In this document: in pieces, positions 1-8,018 of the stretch
Layout of the letters: each line of letters begins with the position of its first letter
Position numbering within the stretch: the stretch's first letter is position 1
Virus record (IMG/VR): IMGVR_UViG_3300020044_007582
Span: 1-33,646 of that record
From: a virus
Lineage: Duplodnaviria; Caudoviricetes
DNA length: 33,646 nt
Direction: 5' to 3' (one strand)
Translations under genes and position numbers: made by a program
Notes under the pieces: model-generated
The model's database searches: none
Told to the model about the DNA's origin: nothing
Seen by the model: the letters and a program-made list of their open reading frames with translations, nothing else

Positions 1-63
1 AGTTTCATACGCTGCATCTCGTCGTAAGAAATTCCTAGCCATTGCGTGACCGTGATCGCCTAG

Positions 64-91
64 GCAACCATTGTAGCAACCATTGTAGCAA
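64..91. repeat. 12-bp tandem repeat GCAACCATTGTA x2 plus partial third copy
   Basis: Copies read directly at 64-75 and 76-87, with GCAA at 88-91. Confidence 0.85.
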
Positions 92-107
92 GACATATAG
101 ACAAGTC

Positions 108-198
108 ATTTACTTTGTATCTCCCTTTACAGGGAGATAAGACAAAGTAAATAATGGCCAAGCCATTATAGCCTTTACGCCTGTAGGGGCGTAGGCTA
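108..198. repeat. Three abutting inverted repeats (hairpins) in AT-rich intergenic DNA
   Basis: ATTTACTTTGT-ATCTCCCT / AGGGAGAT-(AAG)-ACAAAGTAAAT (108-152); ATAATGGC/GCCATTAT (151-169); TAGCC-TACGCC / GGCGTA-GGCTA (169-198). Confidence 0.85.
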
Positions 199-210
199 AA
201 TGTCTGGCCA

Positions 211-579
211 ATGAGCCAACCCTTCCGCCCCTTCCGCCGGCGAGCCAACGCGCCGATCACCCGCCGTCCCGAGTCGCCTTGGGCGAGGGCGTGGCGTCTG
301 TCGCCGGAGCGGATGAGGGACCACGTCGAGATGCTCAACGCCGCCCGGACGGCCAAGAGCGAGGAAGCCGCCCAGCTCGTCCAGGCGGTGTTGAACTTGG
401 TGCCGGCCGACCGAGGCTACCGCGCCCATGAGCTGCGCGATCTGTTCGCCGCCGAGTGGGGACGGTGCTACGGCGAGACCCTGACGAAGAAGGAAGCCTG
501 GAACAAGGTCCGCAAGGCCATGCGTCACGGGATGCTCGGCCGGGATGACAAAGGTTTGATTTATCCACGGCACGGCTAG
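211..579 (+). CDS. Hypothetical basic protein, possibly winged-helix DNA-binding
   Basis: 122-aa ATG ORF with codon usage typical of this phage; basic helical C-terminus. Confidence 0.6.
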   Translation: MSQPFRPFRRRANAPITRRPESPWARAWRLSPERMRDHVEMLNAARTAKSEEAAQLVQAVLNLVPADRGYRAHELRDLFAAEWGRCYGETLTKKEAWNKVRKAMRHGMLGRDDKGLIYPRHG

Positions 580-584
580 GCGGG

Positions 585-872
585 TTGACTTGTTCACACC
601 GCAGGCACATTGATGGCTGTGTGGTACGCAATAACGATCGAATCCCGTCGCAGGAAGAACTGCGAGAAGCCTTCCAGCAACTGGTCGCCGACTCGGTCGA
701 ACTGCGTCGCATCGCCGGCCTGAACATCCTTCGGGCGTCGAACATCGCCGACCAGAACGGCGACAAGCAGGTCGTGCAACTGCTCATCTCCGAGGCCAGC
801 GTGATGCTCTCGGTCGCCACGCAGATCGAATGGCTGTTCGTGCAACCAGAGGACACCGATGACAATCTATGA
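585..872 (+). CDS. Hypothetical protein (start uncertain; GTG at 621 plausible)
   Basis: Fills the gap between neighbours and overlaps the next start; helical sequence. Confidence 0.55.
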   Translation: MTCSHRRHIDGCVVRNNDRIPSQEELREAFQQLVADSVELRRIAGLNILRASNIADQNGDKQVVQLLISEASVMLSVATQIEWLFVQPEDTDDNL

Positions 873-1404
873 CGAATACCAAAGGTTCTGGAAGCGGCTC
901 TCGAAAGCGGAGCGCGAAGCCCTCACGTCGACAGGCTTCGACCCTCGTCGCCCTGACGATTCCGGGGTTCCCTATGCTCATCGTTACTTCGGAGGCGAGC
1001 CTGTCCAAGACGAAGACGGCTCCGGGCCGAAGCAAGAAGGGTACGACATTAATCGGCTGGCAGCGGTTAGATGGGAACAGCGAGAAAGGACTTGGTCGGA
1101 GATGAGCGAAAAGTTCTTCAGTCAGGACGACGTGCTGGATATCCTCCGCAAGGTGATCGCCGTCATCGACCTTTCGCCGAGTGCGGAAGTCAGGCTGCAC
1201 GGGACGTGCATCAAGCTCGCCCTCGGGATGCCTGGCCTGCCGACCATGACGGCTCTGGCCAATCAGCACAAACTCACCCGCGCTGCAATCTCCGCCCGAG
1301 TGAAGACCATCCAGCGTAACTTGAAGTTGCCTCCGTCGCTGTACATGAAGTCCGACTCCGCCTGTGCCAAGCTCTCCGTCGCCCGGAGGAAGAAACTGCG
1401 ATGA
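859..1404 (+). CDS. Putative DNA-binding regulator with C-terminal HTH (sigma region-4-like); candidate late activator
   Basis: MTALANQHKLTRAAISARVKTI resembles an HTH; lies directly upstream of terS with an ATGA overlap. Confidence 0.55.
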   Translation: MTIYDEYQRFWKRLSKAEREALTSTGFDPRRPDDSGVPYAHRYFGGEPVQDEDGSGPKQEGYDINRLAAVRWEQRERTWSEMSEKFFSQDDVLDILRKVIAVIDLSPSAEVRLHGTCIKLALGMPGLPTMTALANQHKLTRAAISARVKTIQRNLKLPPSLYMKSDSACAKLSVARRKKLR

Positions 1405-2036
1405 GCGATAAGGTTCGACCAATCGACCTCGCCGGCCGCTTCGGCGTCACCAAACAGGCCATCAACAAGTTTATCACGCAGGGGATGCCCATCGACTCCA
1501 TCGAGTCCGCCGAGGCGTGGTACATGGCACGGGGTGCCGGCCGCATGGGTTCCGCCGTGCGTCCCGACAAGGACTTCAACGAGACCGTCGAACGTCAGCG
1601 CGAACTCAAGGCTCTGGCCTATCAGCAGTACCTCGACGACCTTGCGTCGAACTCGCCCGACGCCAGCAAGTCCTACGCCACCTACGACAAGTTGGTGAAG
1701 ACGCTCGTCACGCTGGAGAAGGAACTCCAGGCACGGCAGATCGCCAGCCGGGAGTACATCCGCACCCAGACCGCCATCGAAAGGTTCGGCCGAGTGTTCG
1801 CGCAAGTCCGTGAAGAGGTCACGCAGCTCGGTACGAAACTGGCGTCGAGAGTAAACCCCGACAACCCGGGACGGGCGATGAAGGCCATCGACGACGAGGT
1901 GAAGAAGATGCTTGAGCGTCTGTCGTCCGCCGCCGGCTACGCCGAACAGGCTGTGGTCAAGGAGACGGACACCGAAGACCCCATCGAGGTTGACTCTGGC
2001 GATGAGGAAGGCGTAGATGAAGTTGAATCGACATGA
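1401..2036 (+). CDS. terS: Terminase small subunit (Nu1-like)
   Basis: N-terminal wHTH (DLAGRFGVTKQAINKFITQGMP), coiled coil and acidic tail; upstream of gpA-type TerL. Confidence 0.75.
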   Translation: MSDKVRPIDLAGRFGVTKQAINKFITQGMPIDSIESAEAWYMARGAGRMGSAVRPDKDFNETVERQRELKALAYQQYLDDLASNSPDASKSYATYDKLVKTLVTLEKELQARQIASREYIRTQTAIERFGRVFAQVREEVTQLGTKLASRVNPDNPGRAMKAIDDEVKKMLERLSSAAGYAEQAVVKETDTEDPIEVDSGDEEGVDEVEST

Positions 2037-2899
2037 GCTTCTTTGAACCGCCACCTCCCACGAAGTATAACGTCCTTAACCTTGGTGCAGGAGTACAGTC
2101 TTCGGCCTTGGCCCTGATGGCCGCTAAAGGCGAGATCGGACCGATGCCTGACTTTGCCGTGTTCGCCGATACCCAGGCGGAACCTGCTGGCGTCTACAAG
2201 TGGCTAGACTGGCTGGAGACCCAACTTCCGTTCCCGGTGATCCGTGTGACGAAGGGTAGCCTGACGGAAGAAACATTGAAGGTGCGCGTGAAGGAAAAGT
2301 CCAAGTACGGAAACGGCATCACTTATCTACGAACCAACATCCCCGTCTACGGGCTGATGCCCAACGGAGAAGTCAGGAACGCAGTCGGACGCTCTTGCAC
2401 CGCAGACTTCAAGGTCGCGCCGATCTTGAAAGAGATCCGCAAGCGTTGCGGCATCAAGCACGGCCAGAAAGAGATCACGGTCACGCAATGGCTAGGAATT
2501 TCTTACGACGAGATGCAGCGTATGAAACTTCCGTCGAACGCTTGGACGCAACACCGATGGCCATTGATTGAAAAGCGAATGACTCGATCCCATTGCAAGG
2601 ACTGGATGGAGAAGAACGGATACCCAGAGCCGCCAAGGTCGGCTTGCTACTACTGCCCGTTCCATGACGATGAGGAATGGCGTCGACTGAAGACCGAAGA
2701 CCCCGAGCATTTCCAGAAGGCCGTCGAGTTTGATAGTACTTTCAGACGACTTCAAAATGAGAACCCGGGAGGACTTCGGATCGAAGTATTTCTCCATGGT
2801 TCCTGCAAGCCTCTGGACGAGGTAGACTTTACTGACAAAGACCAACATCAACTCGGCTTTGATTTCAGCTCCGAGTGCGAGGGGATGTGCGGACTATGA
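2033..2899 (+). CDS. PAPS-reductase-like / adenine nucleotide alpha-hydrolase protein with Cys motifs
   Basis: Variant PP-loop LGAGVQS, FADTQAE, CTADFK, GISYDE, WPLIE, SACYYCPF and C-terminal CEGMCG. Confidence 0.75.
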   Translation: MSFFEPPPPTKYNVLNLGAGVQSSALALMAAKGEIGPMPDFAVFADTQAEPAGVYKWLDWLETQLPFPVIRVTKGSLTEETLKVRVKEKSKYGNGITYLRTNIPVYGLMPNGEVRNAVGRSCTADFKVAPILKEIRKRCGIKHGQKEITVTQWLGISYDEMQRMKLPSNAWTQHRWPLIEKRMTRSHCKDWMEKNGYPEPPRSACYYCPFHDDEEWRRLKTEDPEHFQKAVEFDSTFRRLQNENPGGLRIEVFLHGSCKPLDEVDFTDKDQHQLGFDFSSECEGMCGL

Positions 2900-3078
2900 G
2901 CAAAGAATTCATACTACTGGCGGCAAAACTCGCCCAAGCCGTCGTCGAAGAAAGACGCATGGCACGGATGATGTGCGAATGCCCTCCAGACGACATAGAC
3001 AAAGCTCTGGATGAGTTTGTTGAACTTTATTCAGAGATCCGTAAACAAAACAGCAAGGAACTGCCAGAGATCAAGTGA
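2896..3078 (+). CDS. Small hypothetical protein (60 aa)
   Basis: ATGA overlap with the upstream gene and GTGA overlap with terL. Confidence 0.6.
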   Translation: MSKEFILLAAKLAQAVVEERRMARMMCECPPDDIDKALDEFVELYSEIRKQNSKELPEIK

Positions 3079-4937
3079 TCATCGACCCGCACACAGTCGA
3101 TACTTTCGAGGCTCACATCCGTGCGATGATGACGCCCGACCCCGAAGGCGATATCGTGCAATGGCTGGAAGCGAACGTGCGCGAAGTCCCAGGCTCGCCG
3201 CAGCCGGGGCCGTTCCGAGTCGAGTCTACGCCGTTCCTCGCACCCATCCTCCGGGCGTTGACCGACCCCGAGATCACCACCGTCGTCGTCATGGGCGCGG
3301 TGCAGATGGGCAAGTCCTCCCTGCTGGAACTGTGGTCAACCTTCATCCCCGCACGGTCGCCTGGGCCGACGTTGCTCTTGCAGGACGTCGACGACAACGC
3401 GCAGGACTGGCAGAAGGACCGACTGCGTCCGATGTGGGATGCCACGCCGGCCACGCTGTCCAAACTGACCGACGCCGAACGCAACCAATGGAAGAAGACC
3501 CGTTTCGAGCGCAACACCGTCTGGGTGCTGGGTGCGAACAACAAGAAGAACCTCCAGCGTCGCTCAATCCGCTTCCTCGGAGGTGACGAAGTCTGGCTCT
3601 GGCCGAAGGGTCACCTGAACGAAGCACTCGCCCGTCGCACGGCGTTCATCTGGCAGGGCAAGTCGCTGCTCGTCTCGCAGGGCGGCGTCGAGGGCGACGA
3701 TATCACCGACCTGTGGAACCAGTCCGACCGCCGGGAGTGGACGTTCAAGTGTACGCAATGCGGTACGCGCCAAGCGTGGGAGTGGGAGCAGTTGATCTAC
3801 CCCGAGGACGCCAAGGAGCCGAACGGCTGGAACTTGGACAAGGTCAAGGCCGGTTGCACCTACGAGTGCAAGTCCTGCAAGCACCGCTACCGTGACTCGT
3901 TTGAAGTCCGCGCCGAGCTGAACCTGACCGGCGAGTACATCCCGATGAACCAGAACGCTCCCAAGGGCGTCGTCGGCTTCCATTGGAACTCGCTCTGTGC
4001 CCAATGGGGCTTGGACTGGGGCAAACTGGCGGAGATGGCCATCCGTGCGAAGCAGGCTTTCGAGGAACACGGTGACGAGGTCAGCCGCCGGGAGTTCAAG
4101 CAGAAGCGTCTCGCCCTCAGTTGGGCGGACGACCCGGACGACGGCGGCGGCGAAGTCATGCCGCAGGGCTACAAGATGCTCGATGAGTGGGACCAAGAGG
4201 GCTACATGGTCGACGGCAAGCTCGCCGATCCGCCCTTCAGGGACGAGTACAAGAAGGCCAAGCAGTTCGCCAAACTTCGCTTCATGGCGGTCGACGTGCA
4301 GCGTAAGGGATACTACTGGATCGTCCGGGCATGGGCGGTCGACGGCAAGTCACGCATGGTTCAATGGGGCTACGCCGACACGGAAGAACAAGTGCGCGAA
4401 GCCCAGAAGAAACTGGAGGTGCTGGACTCCTTCGTCTTCGTGGACTCGGGTGACGGCCCGAACACGGACACCGTCTACCGTATGTGCGCGAAGTTCGCCT
4501 GGAACGCCACCAAGGGGTCCGCCCAGAACGAGTTCCCTTGGCGTATCCAGACGCCCTACGGCATCAAGGTGGCCTACCGCCCCTACGCCCGTGCCAAGGT
4601 GATCCAAGTCGGCCAGACGTCCTGCAAGTTGTACCTGTTCTCCAATCTGGTCTTCAAGGACTCCATGACCCGCCTTCGCCGTGCCGGCCACCACACCTAC
4701 CCCGAGGACGCCGGCGAGGAGTACCGCAAGCAGATGCAGTCCGAGCATCGTACCCGCCAAGCCAACGGCCAAGCCATCTGGCTGCCCATTGGTGACCGTG
4801 CGAACCACTTGTGGGACGCCGAGGTCATCGGGATGCTCCCAGCCCTCATGGCCAAGCTCATCGGCCGGGGCAAGAACCGCAACGGCAAGCCCGAGGACCG
4901 AAAGCCCGACGAGAAGGCCGAGGAAGAAACCGCTTGA
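3075..4937 (+). CDS. terL: Terminase large subunit, lambda gpA family
   Basis: Walker A AVQMGKS, Walker B GGDE, CxxC...CxxC zinc ribbon, GFHWNSL, nuclease motifs AVDVQ and NHLWDAE. Confidence 0.95.
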   Translation: MIIDPHTVDTFEAHIRAMMTPDPEGDIVQWLEANVREVPGSPQPGPFRVESTPFLAPILRALTDPEITTVVVMGAVQMGKSSLLELWSTFIPARSPGPTLLLQDVDDNAQDWQKDRLRPMWDATPATLSKLTDAERNQWKKTRFERNTVWVLGANNKKNLQRRSIRFLGGDEVWLWPKGHLNEALARRTAFIWQGKSLLVSQGGVEGDDITDLWNQSDRREWTFKCTQCGTRQAWEWEQLIYPEDAKEPNGWNLDKVKAGCTYECKSCKHRYRDSFEVRAELNLTGEYIPMNQNAPKGVVGFHWNSLCAQWGLDWGKLAEMAIRAKQAFEEHGDEVSRREFKQKRLALSWADDPDDGGGEVMPQGYKMLDEWDQEGYMVDGKLADPPFRDEYKKAKQFAKLRFMAVDVQRKGYYWIVRAWAVDGKSRMVQWGYADTEEQVREAQKKLEVLDSFVFVDSGDGPNTDTVYRMCAKFAWNATKGSAQNEFPWRIQTPYGIKVAYRPYARAKVIQVGQTSCKLYLFSNLVFKDSMTRLRRAGHHTYPEDAGEEYRKQMQSEHRTRQANGQAIWLPIGDRANHLWDAEVIGMLPALMAKLIGRGKNRNGKPEDRKPDEKAEEETA

Positions 4938-4961
4938 CGACCTTCGCCTGGGTGGCACAGT
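4934..4961 (+). promoter_or_regulatory. Possible sigma70-type promoter TTGACG-N16-CACAGT with TG extension
   Basis: -35 overlaps the terL stop codon; -10 is a weak match; sits right before the structured element. Confidence 0.35.
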
Positions 4962-5043
4962 CCATGCAAGTCGTCCTGCCCTTCAGGAAAAACCACGGGT
5001 GGCTCTTGTGGATCGTTGCATGGGGGGGCAGGACGGCCCTTTT
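4962..5043 (+). ncRNA. Candidate structured small RNA between terL and the gpW-like gene
   Basis: 12-bp stem 4970-4981/5026-5037 followed by TTTT; inner hairpin 4993-5011; alternative 8-bp pairing 4962-4969/5016-5023. Confidence 0.55.
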
Positions 5044-5056
5044 ACACAGGGCTAAA
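5041..5056 (+). promoter_or_regulatory. Late motif copy 1: TTTACA-CAG-GGCTAAA
   Basis: Matches the five-copy consensus; 5 nt before ATG 5062. Confidence 0.7.
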
Positions 5057-5061
5057 CGCAA

Positions 5062-5328
5062 ATGGCGCGTCCCCAAGGTATCTTCCTTATTTTCGACATT
5101 TGCGATATCCTTGAGATCGTCGCCAAAGCGAAAGAACTCCTCAAGCAGGGGAAGACCATGATGGAGTACTCCGACTCCGGCACCAGCGTCGTCAAGGCGT
5201 TCCCCATGGACATCTCGACCGTCCTTGTGGAGGCCCGTTACGCCCTGATGGTCAAAGACCCCCAGACCTACGGTGCCGTCGACCGTGTCCGGGTGATCAA
5301 TATGCTTAACAACTTCCGAGGACTCTGA
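5062..5328 (+). CDS. Head completion protein, gpW-like
   Basis: 88 aa between terL and portal as in lambda; helix-hairpin-helix pattern. Confidence 0.6.
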   Translation: MARPQGIFLIFDICDILEIVAKAKELLKQGKTMMEYSDSGTSVVKAFPMDISTVLVEARYALMVKDPQTYGAVDRVRVINMLNNFRGL

Positions 5329-6926
5329 TGCGACCCAAAAAGCCGAATAAGCCTGCCATTCCGCAGGTGAAGAAACCCAAGACGCCGAAGGTGGCCGCTT
5401 CGCCGGCTCCGCAGAAGCAGGCGTCTGGTGGCGGCTCTGGTCCGGGCATCTTCTCCAATTTCGAGTCCGCCAAGTTCAGCAACAAGCGTTCTTGGATTTG
5501 GTCGTCTTGGCCGCAGGACTTCAAGAAGACCATGACGGTCTTCGACCGCATGGAGACCACGCGCAAGATGCGCTGGTTGGAACTCAATGCGGGTCTGATT
5601 CGTCAGGTGCTGTCGGACATGGCCTTGTACACGGTCGGCTCGGGTATCAAGCCCCAGGCACAGTCGGGCGACGAGATGTGGGACGACGCCGCCGAGGCGT
5701 ACTTCAAGCAATGGGGTTCCCGCGCCTGCGATATCACCGGCCGCTTCTCGTTCTTTGAACTCCAGCACATCTGCTGCCGCCTGATGGACCGTGACGGCGA
5801 GTGCTTCATCATCAAGACCCGTGGCCCCGGCGGCGAACCCCGCCTTCAGGTCATCGAAAGCCACCGGGTCGGTAACTCGTCGAATAACGAAGTCCCGCCG
5901 GGGATGGTTGACGGGATACTTTTTGGGCCGTATGGTCAGCCGATTTCATATAATGTCATTCGGTCGGATGGGTCTTCCCGTCTCGTCCCGGCCAATGCGG
6001 TCCTCCACTTGTACGAACCCGAACTGGCTTCGGGTGCCCGTGCCTACAGCCCCCTCCAGCACTCGATCAACAACTTGGTCGATATGCTGGAAATCCTGTC
6101 CCTCGAAAAGCTCGCCGTGAAGACGGCGTCGGATATCACGCGCACGATCACCCGTGAGAACCCGAACTTCGACGGAACCCAGTCCGATTTCGAGGCGTTC
6201 GGTATGCGTCCGCAGGACTACGGCGACGGCATGACCGACCCGAGCGAGGCTTCGACGTTCCTCGGCGGCAAGGTGCTGGCTTTGGCCCCAGGCGAACGCC
6301 TGGAGTCCTTTGAGTCGAACCGCCCGAACAAGACCTTCGACGGCTTCATCGAACACCTTGAGCGTGACTCGCTGGCGGGTATGCTCCCGTACGAATTCAG
6401 CGCGAACCCGACGAAGGCCGGCGGCGCTGTCATGCGTTTCGTGGTGGCCAAGGCCGACCGCAAGTTCTCCCATCGCCAGCAGGTGATGGTTCAGCGTTTC
6501 CTCACACCCGTCTGGGGCTATGTCATCGGCTGCGCGATCAAGGACGGCCTGCTCCGCTCGACCGAAGCCTGGACGAACGTCACTTGGACGACCCCCCGCA
6601 AGGTCACCGTCGACGCCGGCCGTGACGCCCAGCAGAACCGTCAGGATATCGAGTCTGGCCTCAAGACGCTCACCGAGAACTATCTGGAAGAAGGCCAAGA
6701 CCCGAAGGAACAGATGCGAGCCAACGCCGCCGAGAAGCGGTACCTGCTCGACCTGTCCAAGGAGTTCGACGTGCCGCTGTCCATGCTCTACAAGCCCCAG
6801 AACGTCGCCCCTGCGGATATCAACGCCTCGGTCGGCGAAGAGCAGAAAAAGACGTTCATGGACGACGGCGACAAGGTCGTGGTCGATGACGTCGACCCGG
6901 ACGACGAAGAAACTTCCAAAGAATAA
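5328..6926 (+). CDS. Portal protein, lambda family
   Basis: 532 aa; VGSGIKPQ, DGECFI, LQVIESHR, DGILFGPYGQP, LAPGE, WTTP..VD motifs; synteny. Confidence 0.92.
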   Translation: MRPKKPNKPAIPQVKKPKTPKVAASPAPQKQASGGGSGPGIFSNFESAKFSNKRSWIWSSWPQDFKKTMTVFDRMETTRKMRWLELNAGLIRQVLSDMALYTVGSGIKPQAQSGDEMWDDAAEAYFKQWGSRACDITGRFSFFELQHICCRLMDRDGECFIIKTRGPGGEPRLQVIESHRVGNSSNNEVPPGMVDGILFGPYGQPISYNVIRSDGSSRLVPANAVLHLYEPELASGARAYSPLQHSINNLVDMLEILSLEKLAVKTASDITRTITRENPNFDGTQSDFEAFGMRPQDYGDGMTDPSEASTFLGGKVLALAPGERLESFESNRPNKTFDGFIEHLERDSLAGMLPYEFSANPTKAGGAVMRFVVAKADRKFSHRQQVMVQRFLTPVWGYVIGCAIKDGLLRSTEAWTNVTWTTPRKVTVDAGRDAQQNRQDIESGLKTLTENYLEEGQDPKEQMRANAAEKRYLLDLSKEFDVPLSMLYKPQNVAPADINASVGEEQKKTFMDDGDKVVVDDVDPDDEETSKE

Positions 6927-6929
6927 CCA

Positions 6930-8000
6930 ATGTATTCCCTTTCCAACGCTTTCAAGACCTACGCGCCGATCCTCATCGAGCCGGCGAAGGCCAAGGCTTA
7001 CCTCGACAAGGTGGCCGAATTCTCCCCGACCGACCTGAAGGCGAACGGAGATATCGAGGAGATGATGACCATGCTCTTCGGCCCCCGCCCGATGCTGGTC
7101 AAGTCTGGCGACTTGGCGATCATCCCGGTGCGCGGGGTAATCGGTGCCGGCCTGACCGAGCTGGAAAAGATGATGGGTGCCACGGACGTCGAAGACGTCG
7201 AGGAGATGCTGGAAGAGGCCCATCGTGACCCCGAGGTCGAGGTGATCATCTTCGACTTCGACTCGCCTGGTGGCACCGTGACAGGCGTCCCCGAACTCGC
7301 CGCCCGTATCCGCGCCTGCGAGAAGCGTACCGTCGGCTGGACCTGCAAGCAGTCCTGCTCGGCTTCCATGTGGCTGATGAGCCAATGCGACGAGGTCTAT
7401 GTCAGCCCGTCCTCCGTGGTCGGCTCCATCGGCGTCTACATCCCGATCTACGACATGAAGGCGGCTTACGCCGAGGAAGGCATCAGCGTCGACCTCATCA
7501 AGGCCGGCTGGGCGAAGGGGGCTGGCTTTGCCGGCACGTCGATGACCCCCGAGCAGCGTAAACTTTTCCAAGACGACGTCGACGAGACCCACAAGTGGTT
7601 CATCGGTGACGTCAAGACCGTCCGCTCCTACGCCGACGAAGCCGATATGCAGGGTCAATGCTGGTCCGGCAAGAAAGCCGCCGAGAAGGGGCTAGTCTCC
7701 GGCCTCCTGAACACCTTTGACGACCTCCTGATGGCCATCTCCCCCGAGGAGTACGCCAAGTACGAACGTGCGGAGAAGCAGGTGCCGTCGACCGGCCCCG
7801 CCGGCTACGCCCAGGCGGCTGACGTCTCGCCCGAGCAGGGTGACGACGAAGACGGCGTCGCGCCGATCTCGGACGACAAGAAGAAGAAAAAGAAAAAGAA
7901 GAAGCCCGACGGTACGGACTCCGACGAGGACGAGGACGAAGCGGACATTCCCGATGAGGGATGCCCCCCCGTCGACACCGACTGCAAGCCCAAGGCTTGA
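6930..8000 (+). CDS. Prohead maturation protease, S49 (SppA / lambda gpC) family
   Basis: DSPGG, CSASMWLMSQCD (catalytic Ser), VGSIGV, AGWAK; low-complexity charged tail. Confidence 0.92.
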   Translation: MYSLSNAFKTYAPILIEPAKAKAYLDKVAEFSPTDLKANGDIEEMMTMLFGPRPMLVKSGDLAIIPVRGVIGAGLTELEKMMGATDVEDVEEMLEEAHRDPEVEVIIFDFDSPGGTVTGVPELAARIRACEKRTVGWTCKQSCSASMWLMSQCDEVYVSPSSVVGSIGVYIPIYDMKAAYAEEGISVDLIKAGWAKGAGFAGTSMTPEQRKLFQDDVDETHKWFIGDVKTVRSYADEADMQGQCWSGKKAAEKGLVSGLLNTFDDLLMAISPEEYAKYERAEKQVPSTGPAGYAQAADVSPEQGDDEDGVAPISDDKKKKKKKKKPDGTDSDEDEDEADIPDEGCPPVDTDCKPKA

Positions 8001-8012
8001 CACTTGGCTAAA
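7997..8012 (+). promoter_or_regulatory. Late motif copy 2: TTGACA-CTT-GGCTAAA
   Basis: Overlaps the protease TGA; 6 nt before ATG 8019. Confidence 0.75.
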
Positions 8013-8018
8013 ACCAAC

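Noticed and set aside
2-49. 3' end of an upstream gene (VSYAASRRKKFLAIA*)
   Set aside because: Too short at the window edge to support a call.
64-91. CRISPR array
   Set aside because: Only 12-bp adjacent repeats without spacers; no cas genes.
585-611. Sigma70 promoter TTGACT...CACATT
   Set aside because: Spacer is only 15 nt and the -10 is weak; resemblance to the 4934 site noted but insufficient.
4962-5043. Known ribozyme, tRNA or SRP RNA identity for the structured element
   Set aside because: No hammerhead CUGANGA/GAAA core, no cloverleaf with TTC T-loop, and no SRP helix-8 motif recognisable on either strand; an Rfam search is still needed.
5946-7658. Long antisense ORFs (570 aa here; also 26633-28687, 8477-9496, 14577-15500 and others)
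   Set aside because: They mirror well-supported genes; strong GC3 bias removes stops on the opposite strand; no recognisable motifs.
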